Positions 10,117-20,388 of a stretch of 64,000 nt of DNA are shown in pieces. Each line of letters begins with the position of its first letter. Within the stretch, counting starts at the first letter, position 1. A program made the position numbers and the translations under genes. Source of the DNA: an uncultured Chloroflexia bacterium (GTDB lineage Bacteria > Chloroflexota > Dehalococcoidia > DSTF01 > JACRBR01); the NCBI GenBank assembly GCA_963701135.1, contig OY969567.1, positions 2,689,366 to 2,753,365 on the forward strand. The letters are read 5' to 3'. The notes beneath the pieces are model-generated. The model was not told where the DNA came from. It saw nothing but the letters and a program-made list of their open reading frames with translations, and did no database searches.

Positions 10117-11419
10117 CTAGTGGCGCACGCGCTGGGTCTGCGGCCGGCGCTCTGCGCGGCAGCTCCCGTCCTGAGAGCCGACAGAAAATGTTCAGGTAGT
10201 CTCGAAGATAGCGCGTGGTGAGGAAGTTGTCCCGCACGAACTCCACCCCCCGGCCCCCATCTGGTCGGCCTCGTCCCGGTTGTGCAGCAGGAACAGGAGC
10301 TTCTCCAGCGCACTCGTCCGCGGTATTGACCAGGAATCCCGTCTTGCCGTTCGACGATCTGCAGCGGGATGCCGCCCACGTTGCCCGCGACCACTGGACG
10401 TCCCTTCCATAAGGCCTCCGAGACTACCAGTCCGAAGCCCTCGCGCACGCGACTTCTGGATGACCACGCGCGCCGCCGCTGGAACGCGTTCACCTCGACG
10501 TTTCCCACGCCGTTGAGGTTGGAGAGGATGTGGATGTCGAAGTCCTCGCCGGCACGGCGCACCGTGCGCTCGTACCAGTCCCAACCTTCCGGGTCGTCGC
10601 TGGCCATCGAGGCGATCATGCACGAGCTGCAGCTCCGGGAACTCGCGCTTGGCCGAGCGGTAGACGTCGATGACGCCGAGCGGGTCCTTCCACGGGTCGA
10701 AGCGCGAGATCTGCGTCGATCATCGGCCGCTGCGGGTCGACGCCGTAGCGCGCGAGGATCGCGCTCGACCGTCTCATCCGGCCAGGTCGACGTTCTTGGG
10801 GCTGAGCGGGTCGATCGCGGGCGGCACGCAGAAGATCTGCGGGCCGCGCAGGTCCTCCTTCACGTAGTCCGGCAGGGTGAAGATGGCGCCGTCGTACCGC
10901 TCGATGTGGGGACGCAGGAGGTCCCACACCTGCACCTGCGCGTCGGTCAGGTCGATGTGGCAGCGCCAGACCCACTTGCCGTCGCGGTGGCCGAGCCGCT
11001 CTTCGACGAACGTCGAGCATGGCCGCCGGCTGCGGGTCGTGGATGACGACGAAGTCGTACTCCTCGTCGAGCATGTCGGCGTTGAGCTGGTTGTAGTTGA
11101 GCCAGATGTCCCGCATCGCGGGCGTCCAGTCGTAGTACATGCCCTGGAGGCTGTTGTGCATGGACTTGGTGACGTTGAAGAACTCATCGGCGCCGCTGAT
11201 GACCTGCCAGTCGGCCCGGAGGCCGATGTCGTTCATGAGCGGGATCAGCGTGGCGAGGATCTCGGCGACGCCGCCGCCGAACGCGGTGGCGTTGACGTGC
11301 AGGACGCGCGCGCCCTTGAGCCGATCGGCGAGGCGCAGGATCTCCTCCGTGCGCTCATCGCCGATGACGCCGCGGTAGGCCTCGATGGACTTGGGCGTCG
11401 TGGGAACGGTTCCGAGCAC
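10117..11419 (-). pseudogene. treT: TreT-type trehalose glycosyltransferring synthase (GT4), at least 6 frameshifts
   Basis: IEAYRGVIGDERTEEILRLADRLKGARVLHVNATAFGGGVAEIL, FFNVTKSMHNSLQG, WRCHIDL and PPAIDPLSPKN match the archaeal TreT sequence as I recall it. The pieces are spread over ORFs 10616-11656, 10774-11187, 9540-10619, 10192-10623 and 8795-10246. In the last frame there is no stop before glgC. Confidence 0.65.
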
Positions 11420-12660
11420 TATGGCGCCGTCCTGTGCAACTCGTTCAGGATCTGAAGGTAATCCTTGAGATACCTCGTGATTAAGAAGTGATCCGCTACA
11501 TGGCGGCGGCCGTTTTCCCCTAATTTGCGGGCCGTCTCCCGGTCGGTGAGCAGCCGCTCGATGGCGGCGGCGAACTCCTCGGTCGTGGTCGCCGTGAGGC
11601 CGGTGACGCCATCGATCACCTGCTCGGTGAGCCCGCCGGCGGGGGCGACGACGCACGGGCGCTCCTTCCAGAGCGCGTCCGAGACCCAGATCCCGAAGCC
11701 CTTGCGGAGCCCCTTCTGCATGATCACCGCCGCCGCGCGCTGGAAGACGTTGAGCTCGACGTTGCCCAGCTCGCTGCCCACGGACACCACGTAGGCGCCC
11801 GGCTCGTCACGGCAGCGCTCGGCGAGCTGGTCGTAGCAGGCACGGCCCGAAGGGTCGAGCGGCTCCGTCGTAAGCACCATGGCGAGCTGCAACTCCGGAT
11901 GGCGATCGCGGACCATCGCCCAGGCGTCGACGGCGCCGCAGAGGTCGCTGGCGGTGTCGCAGGGCGAGATCTGGCACACCATGGGCCGGTCCGGGTCGAT
12001 GCCGTACTGCTCGAGCACGGTGCGCACGAGATTATCGGGCAGCGGCATGTTGCGCGCGCTGTTTGGATCGATCGCCGGCGCGACGATGTGCGTCGGGAGC
12101 GAGATGTCGCCGCGGGCGAAGTGCGGCGCCGAAAAGATCGCGCGGTCGTACTTCTCGACGTGCGTGCGCAGGAGCATCCACACATCCGCCTGGGCGGACG
12201 AGAGGTCGAGGTGGCAGTCCATCAGCCACTTCGCGCCGGAGTCCGGGACGAACGAGCGGATGGCGAGCGGCTGCGGGTCGTGCACGATGATGACATCGAA
12301 CGGCTCGGTGAGCAGAGCGGCGTTCATGGCGGCGTGGCTGAGCCACGTTTCGGTCATGTCGGGCGTCCACGGCACGAAGATGCCGCCGAGCGCCTGGTAC
12401 ATCGCGCGGTCCACGGCCGCCGCTTCTTCGGACGCGCGGACGAGCTGCCAGTGGACATCGATGCCGAGGTCGGCGAAGAGAGGCACGGAGGAGTTGAGCA
12501 GGTCGGCGGTGCCGGTACCGAAGCGCGTAAGGCTCAGGTTGAGCACGCGTAGGCCTTCGATCGGGTGGGCGAGCGCGCGCAACTCATCGATGGCCGGCTG
12601 GCCGGCGACATCGACGAGATCATCGAGCGCACGATGCGAAACCGCGAGTGTGCCGTACAT
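11419..12660 (-). CDS. TreT-like GT4 glycosyltransferase, intact paralogue
   Basis: It is 413 aa from ATG 12660, with GAGGAGG upstream. It shares the TreT-type architecture (VIIVHDPQP, CHLDLSS, APAIDPNS, NVFQRAA). Its stop overlaps the GTG start of the decayed copy (TAGTG). Confidence 0.75.
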   Translation of the reverse strand: MYGTLAVSHRALDDLVDVAGQPAIDELRALAHPIEGLRVLNLSLTRFGTGTADLLNSSVPLFADLGIDVHWQLVRASEEAAAVDRAMYQALGGIFVPWTPDMTETWLSHAAMNAALLTEPFDVIIVHDPQPLAIRSFVPDSGAKWLMDCHLDLSSAQADVWMLLRTHVEKYDRAIFSAPHFARGDISLPTHIVAPAIDPNSARNMPLPDNLVRTVLEQYGIDPDRPMVCQISPCDTASDLCGAVDAWAMVRDRHPELQLAMVLTTEPLDPSGRACYDQLAERCRDEPGAYVVSVGSELGNVELNVFQRAAAVIMQKGLRKGFGIWVSDALWKERPCVVAPAGGLTEQVIDGVTGLTATTTEEFAAAIERLLTDRETARKLGENGRRHVADHFLITRYLKDYLQILNELHRTAP

Positions 12661-12744
12661 ACGGACCTCCTCATGCGTGTGGGTGCGGAATAAGAAAAAG
12701 ATTCCCGAGGCATCGCCCGGACCATCGGCCTGGGGAGAGCCTCT

Positions 12745-12940
12745 CTCTGCGCCTACGGGGTTAGCTGCCGGGTTCGGGCTTGAGAGTGCCCTACTCGTCC
12801 GCTCGACGAGATTCACCCCGCCATCCCGAGCCTACCAAGCGGCTCCTTGCGGAACCGTTGCGGCGGCTGTGCCGCGGGCATCGGGACGGTAAACCTGGTT
12901 CCCCCGTTTCGCGTCCCTGACGGACGCGAATTCGGCATGC
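12745..12940 (-). promoter_or_regulatory. ydaO/yuaA-class (c-di-AMP) riboswitch in the 5' leader of the TreT-like gene
   Basis: The minus-strand RNA contains GCCGAAUUC, ACGGGGGAACC, GGGGUGAAUC, GUAGGGC and CCCGAACCCGGCAGCUAACCCCGUAGGCG in the order and spacing of the ydaO consensus. A U-rich stretch follows before the RBS. Confidence 0.7.
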
Positions 12941-12952
12941 TCCTTGAGTTTC

Positions 12953-12981
12953 ATGCTAATCGCACGTCATAAAGGTGTCAA
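12953..12981 (-). promoter_or_regulatory. Sigma70-like promoter for the riboswitch and TreT-like transcript
   Basis: On the minus strand, TTGACA (12981-12976) is followed by a 17-nt spacer and TAGCAT (12958-12953). Confidence 0.5.
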
Positions 12982-13121
12982 TCAATGGCTTCCATCAGTC
13001 TTACGTCATTCGTGAAAGGCATTCGGGAGATTCGGACTGTGGATGGTGCCGTTCGGCCCCTCGCTCGAACGGGAGTGATTGCTGATGATGCAACCAAGCT
13101 CAGTGCACTGGAGGAGGTCCA

Positions 13122-14249
13122 ATGAAACGCAAGTGGTTCATGGCTTCGTGGCTGGCGATCCTGCTGGGAGCGATCGTCGTGGCCGGGATCGCGTTCCGCG
13201 GCAACACCGGCCGTGCGACGGCGGCCGCGGAGCGCTTCGGGCCGAAGGAAGCGGAGGTGACGATCGAGGACGGCGACGTCAAGACGGTGCACCTCACCAG
13301 CTCGAAGTTCATGTGGCAGTTCCGCGACGACCAGCAGCCGGTCGAGGTCTGGGGCTACAACAACCAGATCCCCGGCCCGACGCTGCGTTTCAAGGCCGGC
13401 GAGAAGCTGCGGATCTACTACCGCAACGACCTCGATGAAGCATCGAGCGTGCACTGGCACGGGCTCGTCGTCCCGAACTCCATGGACGGCGTGGGGTTGC
13501 TGACGCAGCCGCCGGTGATGCCGGGCGAGACCTTCGTCTACGAGTTCACCATCCCGAACACGCCGGGCACGTTCATGTACCACGCGCACATGAACGACAT
13601 GGAGCAGGTCAGCAAGGGGCTGAGCGGCGCCTTCATCGTCGACCCGCGGGACGGCGGCACCGGCGGCTACGACCAGGACCGCATCATCGTGCTGAACAAC
13701 ATCGCCGGGCACTACCTGATCAACGGCAAGGAGTTCCCGAACATCGACCCGTGGCTGGTGAAGAAGGGCGACATGCTCCGCGTGCGGATGATCAACATCA
13801 GCCCGCTCGAAGGGCACCCGATGCACCTCCACGGCCACTTCACGAAGGAGATCGCGCGCGACGGGACGGACCTCGCGAACAGCAAGGACGCGCGCGTCGA
13901 GAACACGATCTGGATCGCGCCGGGCCAGACGATCGACGTGGAGGTGAAGATGAACGCGCCGGGCAAGGGCGCGTGGATCTTCCATTGCCACACGCTGTCG
14001 CACGTGATGGGGCCGGACGGCAAGGCGCTGAACCTGGCGCTGGCGAACGGGGGCATGGTGATCCCGGTCGTCTACACGGACAGCCTGAACTTCGACGCGC
14101 TCAAGCAGACGCTGGATACGGCCATCAAGAGCATTCAGCCCGGCGCGAAAGCGCAGGACTGGCCGAAGGACGGCACGGCGGTGCTGGGCCAGGCGATCAG
14201 CGACGCGGCGGCGGCGGCGCAGGCCGACACGGCGCACACGGTGCACTAG
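13122..14249 (+). CDS. Two-domain multicopper oxidase, membrane-anchored or secreted
   Basis: This is an intact 375-aa ORF with GGAGGAGG upstream and an N-terminal hydrophobic segment. Copper ligand motifs are HWHG, HAHMND, HPMHLHGH and FHCHTLSHVM. Confidence 0.85.
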   Translation: MKRKWFMASWLAILLGAIVVAGIAFRGNTGRATAAAERFGPKEAEVTIEDGDVKTVHLTSSKFMWQFRDDQQPVEVWGYNNQIPGPTLRFKAGEKLRIYYRNDLDEASSVHWHGLVVPNSMDGVGLLTQPPVMPGETFVYEFTIPNTPGTFMYHAHMNDMEQVSKGLSGAFIVDPRDGGTGGYDQDRIIVLNNIAGHYLINGKEFPNIDPWLVKKGDMLRVRMINISPLEGHPMHLHGHFTKEIARDGTDLANSKDARVENTIWIAPGQTIDVEVKMNAPGKGAWIFHCHTLSHVMGPDGKALNLALANGGMVIPVVYTDSLNFDALKQTLDTAIKSIQPGAKAQDWPKDGTAVLGQAISDAAAAAQADTAHTVH

Positions 14250-14250
14250 A

Positions 14251-14296
14251 AGCTATCAGCTGTCAGCTATCAGTCTGTCAGCTGTCAGCTATCAGG
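14251..14296. repeat. Heptamer array (GCTATCA / GCTGTCA)
   Basis: agctatcagctgtcagctatcagtctgtcagctgtcagctatcagg begins 2 nt after the oxidase stop codon. Confidence 0.85.
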
Positions 14297-14405
14297 TACG
14301 GCATGGGGCGAAGGGCGGCGGGATGTTCCCGCCGCCCTTCCTTCGTAAGTCGAGCGGCCGTACCTCACCTCCGGCCTTCGGCCACCTCCTCTCCGCCGGG
14401 CGGAT

Positions 14406-15203
14406 ATGAGGCTCAACCCACGACGGTGCGCGACATCACTCACCCCGCCGCGCGTCAGCCTTATGATGCAGGCGATGACATCGGCTGCCACGTTGCGGAT
14501 GATCGATGAGTTCTGGGCCGAGCGGCTGGGCTGCACGCCAGGCGAGTTGTACGCGCAAACGGTGATCGTGCGCGAGCATCACGGCAGTCTTGCGGGCTAC
14601 CACGGCGTGTACGCGTACCGGCGCGACGGCGGCGCATGCATTGTCTCTGCGCCGGCGGACTACGTGGCGCGGCTGCGCGGCGCTCTGGCGGCGCTGACGC
14701 CGGAGCGCGCGTTCGACGTCGAAGCGCTGGCGGGCGCGCTCGGGGATGAGGTCGAGCGCGTCGTCGGGCCAGCGCGCATCGCCTACGCGGACTCCGGCGA
14801 CTTCAGGCGCGCGGATGACGACGCGGTGCGGCTGCTCGTCGCGGGGGACGACGCCGCGCTCCGCGGCCTCGCGGCGTCGTGCGGCGAGACGGCGTGGGAG
14901 CACGGCGGCATCGAGTTCGGCCGCGCGCCAGTGTTCGGCGCGTTCGAGCGCGGCGGACTGCTGGCGGCGGCTTCATACACGCCGTGGGGCGACCACATCC
15001 TGCACGCAGGCGTGGTCGCGCATCCGGTGCATCGCGGCAGGGGGCTGGGGCGCGCGGTGGCGAGCGCGGCGTCCGCGCACGGGCTGGCATCTGGCCGCGT
15101 GATGCAGTGGCAGACGCTGGAATCGAATACCCCGTCGATGGCGATCGGGCGCGCGCTCGGCTACCAGCCCTACTGCCGGACGATCGCCGTGCGGCTGCGA
15201 TAG
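14406..15203 (+). CDS. GNAT-like acetyltransferase (start uncertain)
   Basis: This is an intact ORF. The C-terminal half carries HPVHRGRGLGRAVASAAS, typical of the GNAT acetyl-CoA site. Alternative in-frame ATGs exist downstream of 14406. Confidence 0.6.
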   Translation: MRLNPRRCATSLTPPRVSLMMQAMTSAATLRMIDEFWAERLGCTPGELYAQTVIVREHHGSLAGYHGVYAYRRDGGACIVSAPADYVARLRGALAALTPERAFDVEALAGALGDEVERVVGPARIAYADSGDFRRADDDAVRLLVAGDDAALRGLAASCGETAWEHGGIEFGRAPVFGAFERGGLLAAASYTPWGDHILHAGVVAHPVHRGRGLGRAVASAASAHGLASGRVMQWQTLESNTPSMAIGRALGYQPYCRTIAVRLR

Positions 15204-15211
15204 GTCGGCAG

Positions 15212-15372
15212 GAGACAACAGACAACAGACAACAGACAACAGACGGGGTGGCCACAGCAAACAGCAAACAGCAAACAGCAAGGGCGCCAGAGCCCTGATA
15301 GCTGACCGCTGATAGCTGATAGCTGATAGCTGATAGCTGATAGCTGATAGCTGACCGCTGAGAGGCTGACAG
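15212..15372. repeat. Composite heptamer array (GACAACA; CAGCAAA; GCTGATA/GCTGACC)
   Basis: It uses the same three unit families as at 2697 and 3426. It fills the gap between convergent genes and ends on the base before the stop at 15373. Confidence 0.9.
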
Positions 15373-15822
15373 CTACTCCCGCAGCGCCGCGGTCGCCGGC
15401 AGGCGGAGCAGGCGCGCGACGGCCATCGCGAGGGCCCAGACGATGAGCGCCGTGAGCGCGCCGGCGGTGACGCCGAGGAACAGCGTGTCGACGACGTTCA
15501 CCTCCGCATCGCTGCCGCGCGCGTTGAGCGCGGCCGTCAGCGCGAACGCCACGAACGGCGAGATGACGACGAGGAACGACGCGGTCGCGACGTCCGGCAG
15601 GTCGGCCTGGCGGACGAGCAGCAGCACGGTGACGGCCGACCAGGCGATGGACGCACCCCACATCGCGAACAGCACCGCCGCATCAGCGTTGCCTGTGCCG
15701 GTCGTGCGCGGCGCCACGGCGACGGCGCCGGCGAGCTGGGCCGCGAACATCGCGGCACCGGCCGCGAGGAGCACCTTCCTGAGCGGCGTGAGGGGGAGTT
15801 GCGGGCCGTCTTCGAGCTGCAT
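15373..15822 (-). CDS. Small integral membrane protein
   Basis: About 149 aa from ATG 15822 (MQLEDGPQLPL) with four hydrophobic segments. The start overlaps the upstream stop (TGATG). Confidence 0.5.
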   Translation of the reverse strand: MQLEDGPQLPLTPLRKVLLAAGAAMFAAQLAGAVAVAPRTTGTGNADAAVLFAMWGASIAWSAVTVLLLVRQADLPDVATASFLVVISPFVAFALTAALNARGSDAEVNVVDTLFLGVTAGALTALIVWALAMAVARLLRLPATAALRE

Positions 15823-16289
15823 CAGGCGCGCAGGCGGGCGCGCTGCCGTAAGAACCGTGCGTGCAGCATGAGCGCGGCGGCGATGCCCGTCGGCGCGCCG
15901 AGGAAGAGGCCGTGGGCGGCGATCAGGCCGGCCGCCTGCGACCACTGCGGGCCGAAACGCTCGGCGTGGAAGCGCTCGCCGGCGGCGACGTGGATGATCG
16001 CGTACACCGTCTCGGCCGCGGCCCAGGTGGCGGCGCCGATGGCCACCGTCGCGACGAACGGGCGCGGGCCCGTGCGGCCGCGCGTCACGGCGTACGACGT
16101 GCCGAGCACGCCGAAGCCCACCATCAGCAGCAGCGGCACACGCAGCGCGCGGAAGTCGAGCCACTCGGCGGCCATCCCGGCGAGCAGCGCGACAAGCGGG
16201 GCCGCGAGCAGCAGCAACCGGCCCGGCGCTTCGGACGAGAAGGCGGCGCGTGGCGAGCGCTTCGAGAGGGAGGCGGCCGGTGAGGTCAT
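15822..16289 (-). CDS. Small integral membrane protein
   Basis: This 155-aa ORF has multiple hydrophobic segments and is translationally coupled to the downstream gene. Confidence 0.5.
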   Translation of the reverse strand: MTSPAASLSKRSPRAAFSSEAPGRLLLLAAPLVALLAGMAAEWLDFRALRVPLLLMVGFGVLGTSYAVTRGRTGPRPFVATVAIGAATWAAAETVYAIIHVAAGERFHAERFGPQWSQAAGLIAAHGLFLGAPTGIAAALMLHARFLRQRARLRA

Positions 16290-16349
16290 GGCCCGGTCAT
16301 TATTCGGGAGGCCCTGCCGCCGGACAAGGAAGCGAATCTGGGCGAATCG

Positions 16350-17126
<777 letters not shown>

Positions 17127-17384
17127 TACTACCTGCCGCCCGGAGGCATCTGGAACAACATCCGTAACGCGCGGCTCTGGCGCATGCGGTCGCACTACCA
17201 CCGCGAGCGTGCCAGCGAAGGTGGCGCCGTCGAAATAACTCCCGAAACCGCGGAATTCGTGCGCGACCCCGCCCGGGTCCCGGGTTCAAAGTTCTAGGTT
17301 CTCGGAAGGCTTGACAAGTCCAAGAAGACAGCGCATTGTAAGCGCGCCGGTATCGTCGATCTCCATACTGATGATGGCGCTTTA

Positions 17385-17909
17385 ATGGACAATACTCTCT
17401 GTCACCGCCAAGTCTTCCTGCTACTCGCGCTGGTCAGCCTCCTTTCAGCGGCATGCGGCGAACTGCGAGAACAGGGCACTGACGCCGAAGTATCCGGTAC
17501 GTCGCAGCCGTCGGCCACGGCCGCCAGCAGCACACCAGCCGCGCTCTCGGCGACCGCGACAGCGACCACACCGCCGATGCCCTCCAGCGCTACTATCGGT
17601 CCAGGTGAGGCGTCAACCCCCGTACCAGTTGCCTCGCCGCAATCCTTGCGACCCGGGGACACAGCCAAGGCCGGCGGCTCGTACCGCGTGGGGCCGGTCG
17701 CGTTCCGAATTCCGCCTGACGCCGAGTTATCGATCACGATCACGTTGAGCGATCCAAGCGGAAACATTCTCGTCTTGTATGACCCGGCCAGCGGGTCTTC
17801 GTTGAAGCTTGACCCCGCTACAGGAAAGGAACTCGAGCGGTACATCACGGAACCGAAGTGGAACGCTGTGTTCGACCTCGTGGTGGCGTCCATTCAAGGC
17901 GCACCATAG
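17385..17909 (+). CDS. Hypothetical lipoprotein
   Basis: This 174-aa ORF has lipobox LLSAAC and a Ser/Thr/Ala/Pro-rich linker. G+C and third-position bias are lower than in the flanks. Confidence 0.5.
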   Translation: MDNTLCHRQVFLLLALVSLLSAACGELREQGTDAEVSGTSQPSATAASSTPAALSATATATTPPMPSSATIGPGEASTPVPVASPQSLRPGDTAKAGGSYRVGPVAFRIPPDAELSITITLSDPSGNILVLYDPASGSSLKLDPATGKELERYITEPKWNAVFDLVVASIQGAP

Positions 17910-17935
17910 CCCATCGTTAACTCACAGGGGGAGCC

Positions 17936-19402
17936 ATGCCAGGTAGAGTCGTCAGATTCGTCTTGACAGCCGCACTGGGCGTCTTGATTGCGATTACGAT
18001 TCCGACTCCCGCTCGCGCGGACCACGGGGACGGTCACCTCCAGGACTGGTATGCCGATCCCGGTTCGCAGGACGGCTTGCAGCAGGGGCTCATCGCTGGA
18101 ACGTCAATAACGGTATGTAGTTCCGAGTTTCCCTCCTCCACGCCCACAGCAGTTGCCCGTTGGAATGCTCCGTCGGCATTGAATTTCCAAGCGTTCACTT
18201 GGGTGACTTCTTGCCCGGGTGCCACTGTGAGTGTCACGACCAGCGGCTTTTACACGTTCTGCTTGTCGGGTGATCACGCATGTGTGCGCCCCACCGACCC
18301 GATCGTCACCGGCGATCCCGATTATGCGTTGGTCAACCCCACGCTCGTCTTGATGAATCCAACGGTGCATGTGGACGGCGGCGATCACACGACGAGAGAT
18401 GTAACACATGAATTGGGCCACGTCCTGGGTCATGCCGACTATACTGGTTGCCCGGCCGGAAACACGCTGATGGATACGAGCGAGACCTGCTGGTTCGAAA
18501 CCCCCCAGCCGCTCGACGTGAGTAATTACGCCGCGGCGTACTTGGCCGACGCTGTCGCCGGACTACAGGGCACATCGCCATCGCTGGGCACGGTGTCGCT
18601 CACGTGGGACGCGAGCAATGTGCACAACGAGGACGGGTTCGTGGTCCAGCGCGACGGCGTCCTCGTGGGAAGCGCACTCAAGAATGCGGCCGGCTGGCTA
18701 GGAACCAATCAACCGGGCGGGTCGCACACCTACACGGTGATCAGCCACACGAACGCGTGGTGCCTTGCATTCGGCGGCTACTGCGGATCCGTCTCCTACA
18801 ACGTGAATGTCCAGGGAACCGTAGACTACGAGCCGACCGGCTTCACGCCCAACCCGGCATGCGGTACGTGCAATGAGGGCGGCTCCAAGTCCTTCACCAT
18901 CACCGTCCGCAATAACGGGAATATGACCGCACCGGCGTCAACGGTCGTCATGAAGTTCAATGGACAGACGGCGCCCAACCCGTATGGCGGCGTCTGCAAC
19001 CTTCCGGAGATCCCGGCTGGGGCGACGCGCTCATGCACCAACATCAACCCAGTGTCTCTGACCTTCCAGGGAGGCCCCATCACCCTCCATGCGGACTACA
19101 ACAACGTCGTCCCAAACGAGTCGAATGAGGCGAACAACAACTCCCCTACCATGGGGAACATGTATGTCGTCCCGAACGCGCCCTCAAACCAGCGTGTCTG
19201 CCCTACTTGCGATCTCTACGGTTATAAAGACAACTCTGTCATCGAGACCGGCTTCACCATCAAGATTGAGCGCCGCTCGGGTGGGTGCGGCAGCTCGGGC
19301 TGGTTGACTGTGAGCACGATCAACCACGGCCCCAAGTCCGGGACGGATGATGTCTACTACTACAACTTTACATCGGGCTACTGCTGGCGCATCAAAGTCT
19401 AA
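17936..19402 (+). CDS. Secreted zinc metalloprotease-like protein with FN3-like and CARDB-like C-terminal domains
   Basis: This 488-aa ORF has a signal-like N-terminus. HELGHVLGHAD fits HExxHxxGxxD (the snapalysin M7 type). It also has the FN3-like stretch GTVSLTWDASNVHNEDGFVVQRDG and the CARDB-like stretches SFTITVRNNGNMTA and NESNEANN. Confidence 0.6.
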   Translation: MPGRVVRFVLTAALGVLIAITIPTPARADHGDGHLQDWYADPGSQDGLQQGLIAGTSITVCSSEFPSSTPTAVARWNAPSALNFQAFTWVTSCPGATVSVTTSGFYTFCLSGDHACVRPTDPIVTGDPDYALVNPTLVLMNPTVHVDGGDHTTRDVTHELGHVLGHADYTGCPAGNTLMDTSETCWFETPQPLDVSNYAAAYLADAVAGLQGTSPSLGTVSLTWDASNVHNEDGFVVQRDGVLVGSALKNAAGWLGTNQPGGSHTYTVISHTNAWCLAFGGYCGSVSYNVNVQGTVDYEPTGFTPNPACGTCNEGGSKSFTITVRNNGNMTAPASTVVMKFNGQTAPNPYGGVCNLPEIPAGATRSCTNINPVSLTFQGGPITLHADYNNVVPNESNEANNNSPTMGNMYVVPNAPSNQRVCPTCDLYGYKDNSVIETGFTIKIERRSGGCGSSGWLTVSTINHGPKSGTDDVYYYNFTSGYCWRIKV

Positions 19403-19559
19403 GGCGAAGACGCAGTTCACCCAGTCGAACGAGGTCACGAGTCCCGCGGTAAACTTCCCTTAGGGCCGGTCGGTGATCTCCCCGATAGCGGGCGGACAAC
19501 GCCCGGCTCGCCACCCCTCCGCCGTCGCGTGCACTTCCGGCACCACCGTCGATGCCAGC

Positions 19560-20000
19560 AGTTCGGGCGTCTCCGGCGCATCCACGCGGCATGTTCACGA
19601 TCACCTGCCAAGCGCCCACCTCCGCGAAGAAGTAACGGGCGACGTCATGCTCCTGCAGACGGTCGCGGTTCTTGGAGAATGTCGAGTGGTCGAAGACGGG
19701 GTCAGAATGTTGAGCCCAACGAACCACTTGAACAGCAGGTCGTACTGGAGACGCTCGCAGAGCTGGCGCTCGCTGCGGAGGGAGTAGAAGGCCTGGAGAA
19801 GCATCGCCTTCAGCAGATGCTCGGGCGGGATGGACGGCCGGCCGACCGTGGCGTACATCGCGTCGAACACCGGCGACAGCTCAGCTAGGGCACCGTCCAC
19901 GATGTTCCGGATCGCCCGGATCGGGTGCCCCTTCGGGACCAACGTGTCCGGCGTCACCGGACTGAGCATCTCCAGTTGCTGGGTCGACTCTCCGCGCGCA
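19560..20000 (-). mobile_element. IS5/IS1182-type transposase N-terminal remnant (frameshifted, no DDE domain)
   Basis: ORFs 19601-20056 and 19392-19727 together read PIRAIRNIVDGALAELSPVFDAMYATVGRPSIPPEHLLKAMLLQAFYSLRSERQLCERLQYDLLFKWFVGL then DPVFDHSTFSKNRDRL. This is the conserved N-terminal transposase domain only. Confidence 0.65.
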
Positions 20001-20388
20001 TCGGCCTCGCCTCCTTGCGTCCCGCCGATGCCATCGTACGCGCTCGGAGATCCCACGTCGATCCCTTCGCGGGTACTATACCCTGCTAGTAGACCACCGC
20101 TCGGTGTAACGCAGGTATCTGAACTTGTTCAGGGGCTTTCGAGCCAAACCGCGAAGCTCTCCGCGTGAGGCGTTTGGTCGAACATCCGAGACCTGCGTGG
20201 TTGGGGCCGAACGTGCACGAGTGCATGAACGAGACGACACATACGGCTTCGTTGGCATGCTTTGGGGGCGCCGCCGATGAAGGCGAAGGGTGCTCACCGA
20301 CGAGCGGCTTGGCCTCGCTCAGACGACGGTGGATGGCTCACGAGGACGTTGTCGAAACGCACGGTTGGACGCAGCTGAAGCTGCGCAG

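Noticed and set aside
10103-10246. A genuine TreT-GlgC fusion protein. The treT C-terminal frame runs without a stop into glgC.
   Set aside because: The intact paralogue ends about 8 residues after the equivalent YL(K/R)DYLxIL motif. The linker is Arg/Pro/Ala-rich. The gene already contains several frame errors. A TAG at 10117-10119 is available in an adjacent frame. A lost stop through an indel is the simpler reading.
17270-17300. tRNA-like T-arm strings: GGGTTCAAAG at about 17281, CTGGTTCGAAACC at about 18490 and CTTCGAACCGG at about 54690.
   Set aside because: None has a matching acceptor stem, D-arm or anticodon arm in the flanking 70-90 nt. One lies inside a coding region. I could not run a tRNA scanner, so a missed tRNA is unlikely but not excluded.
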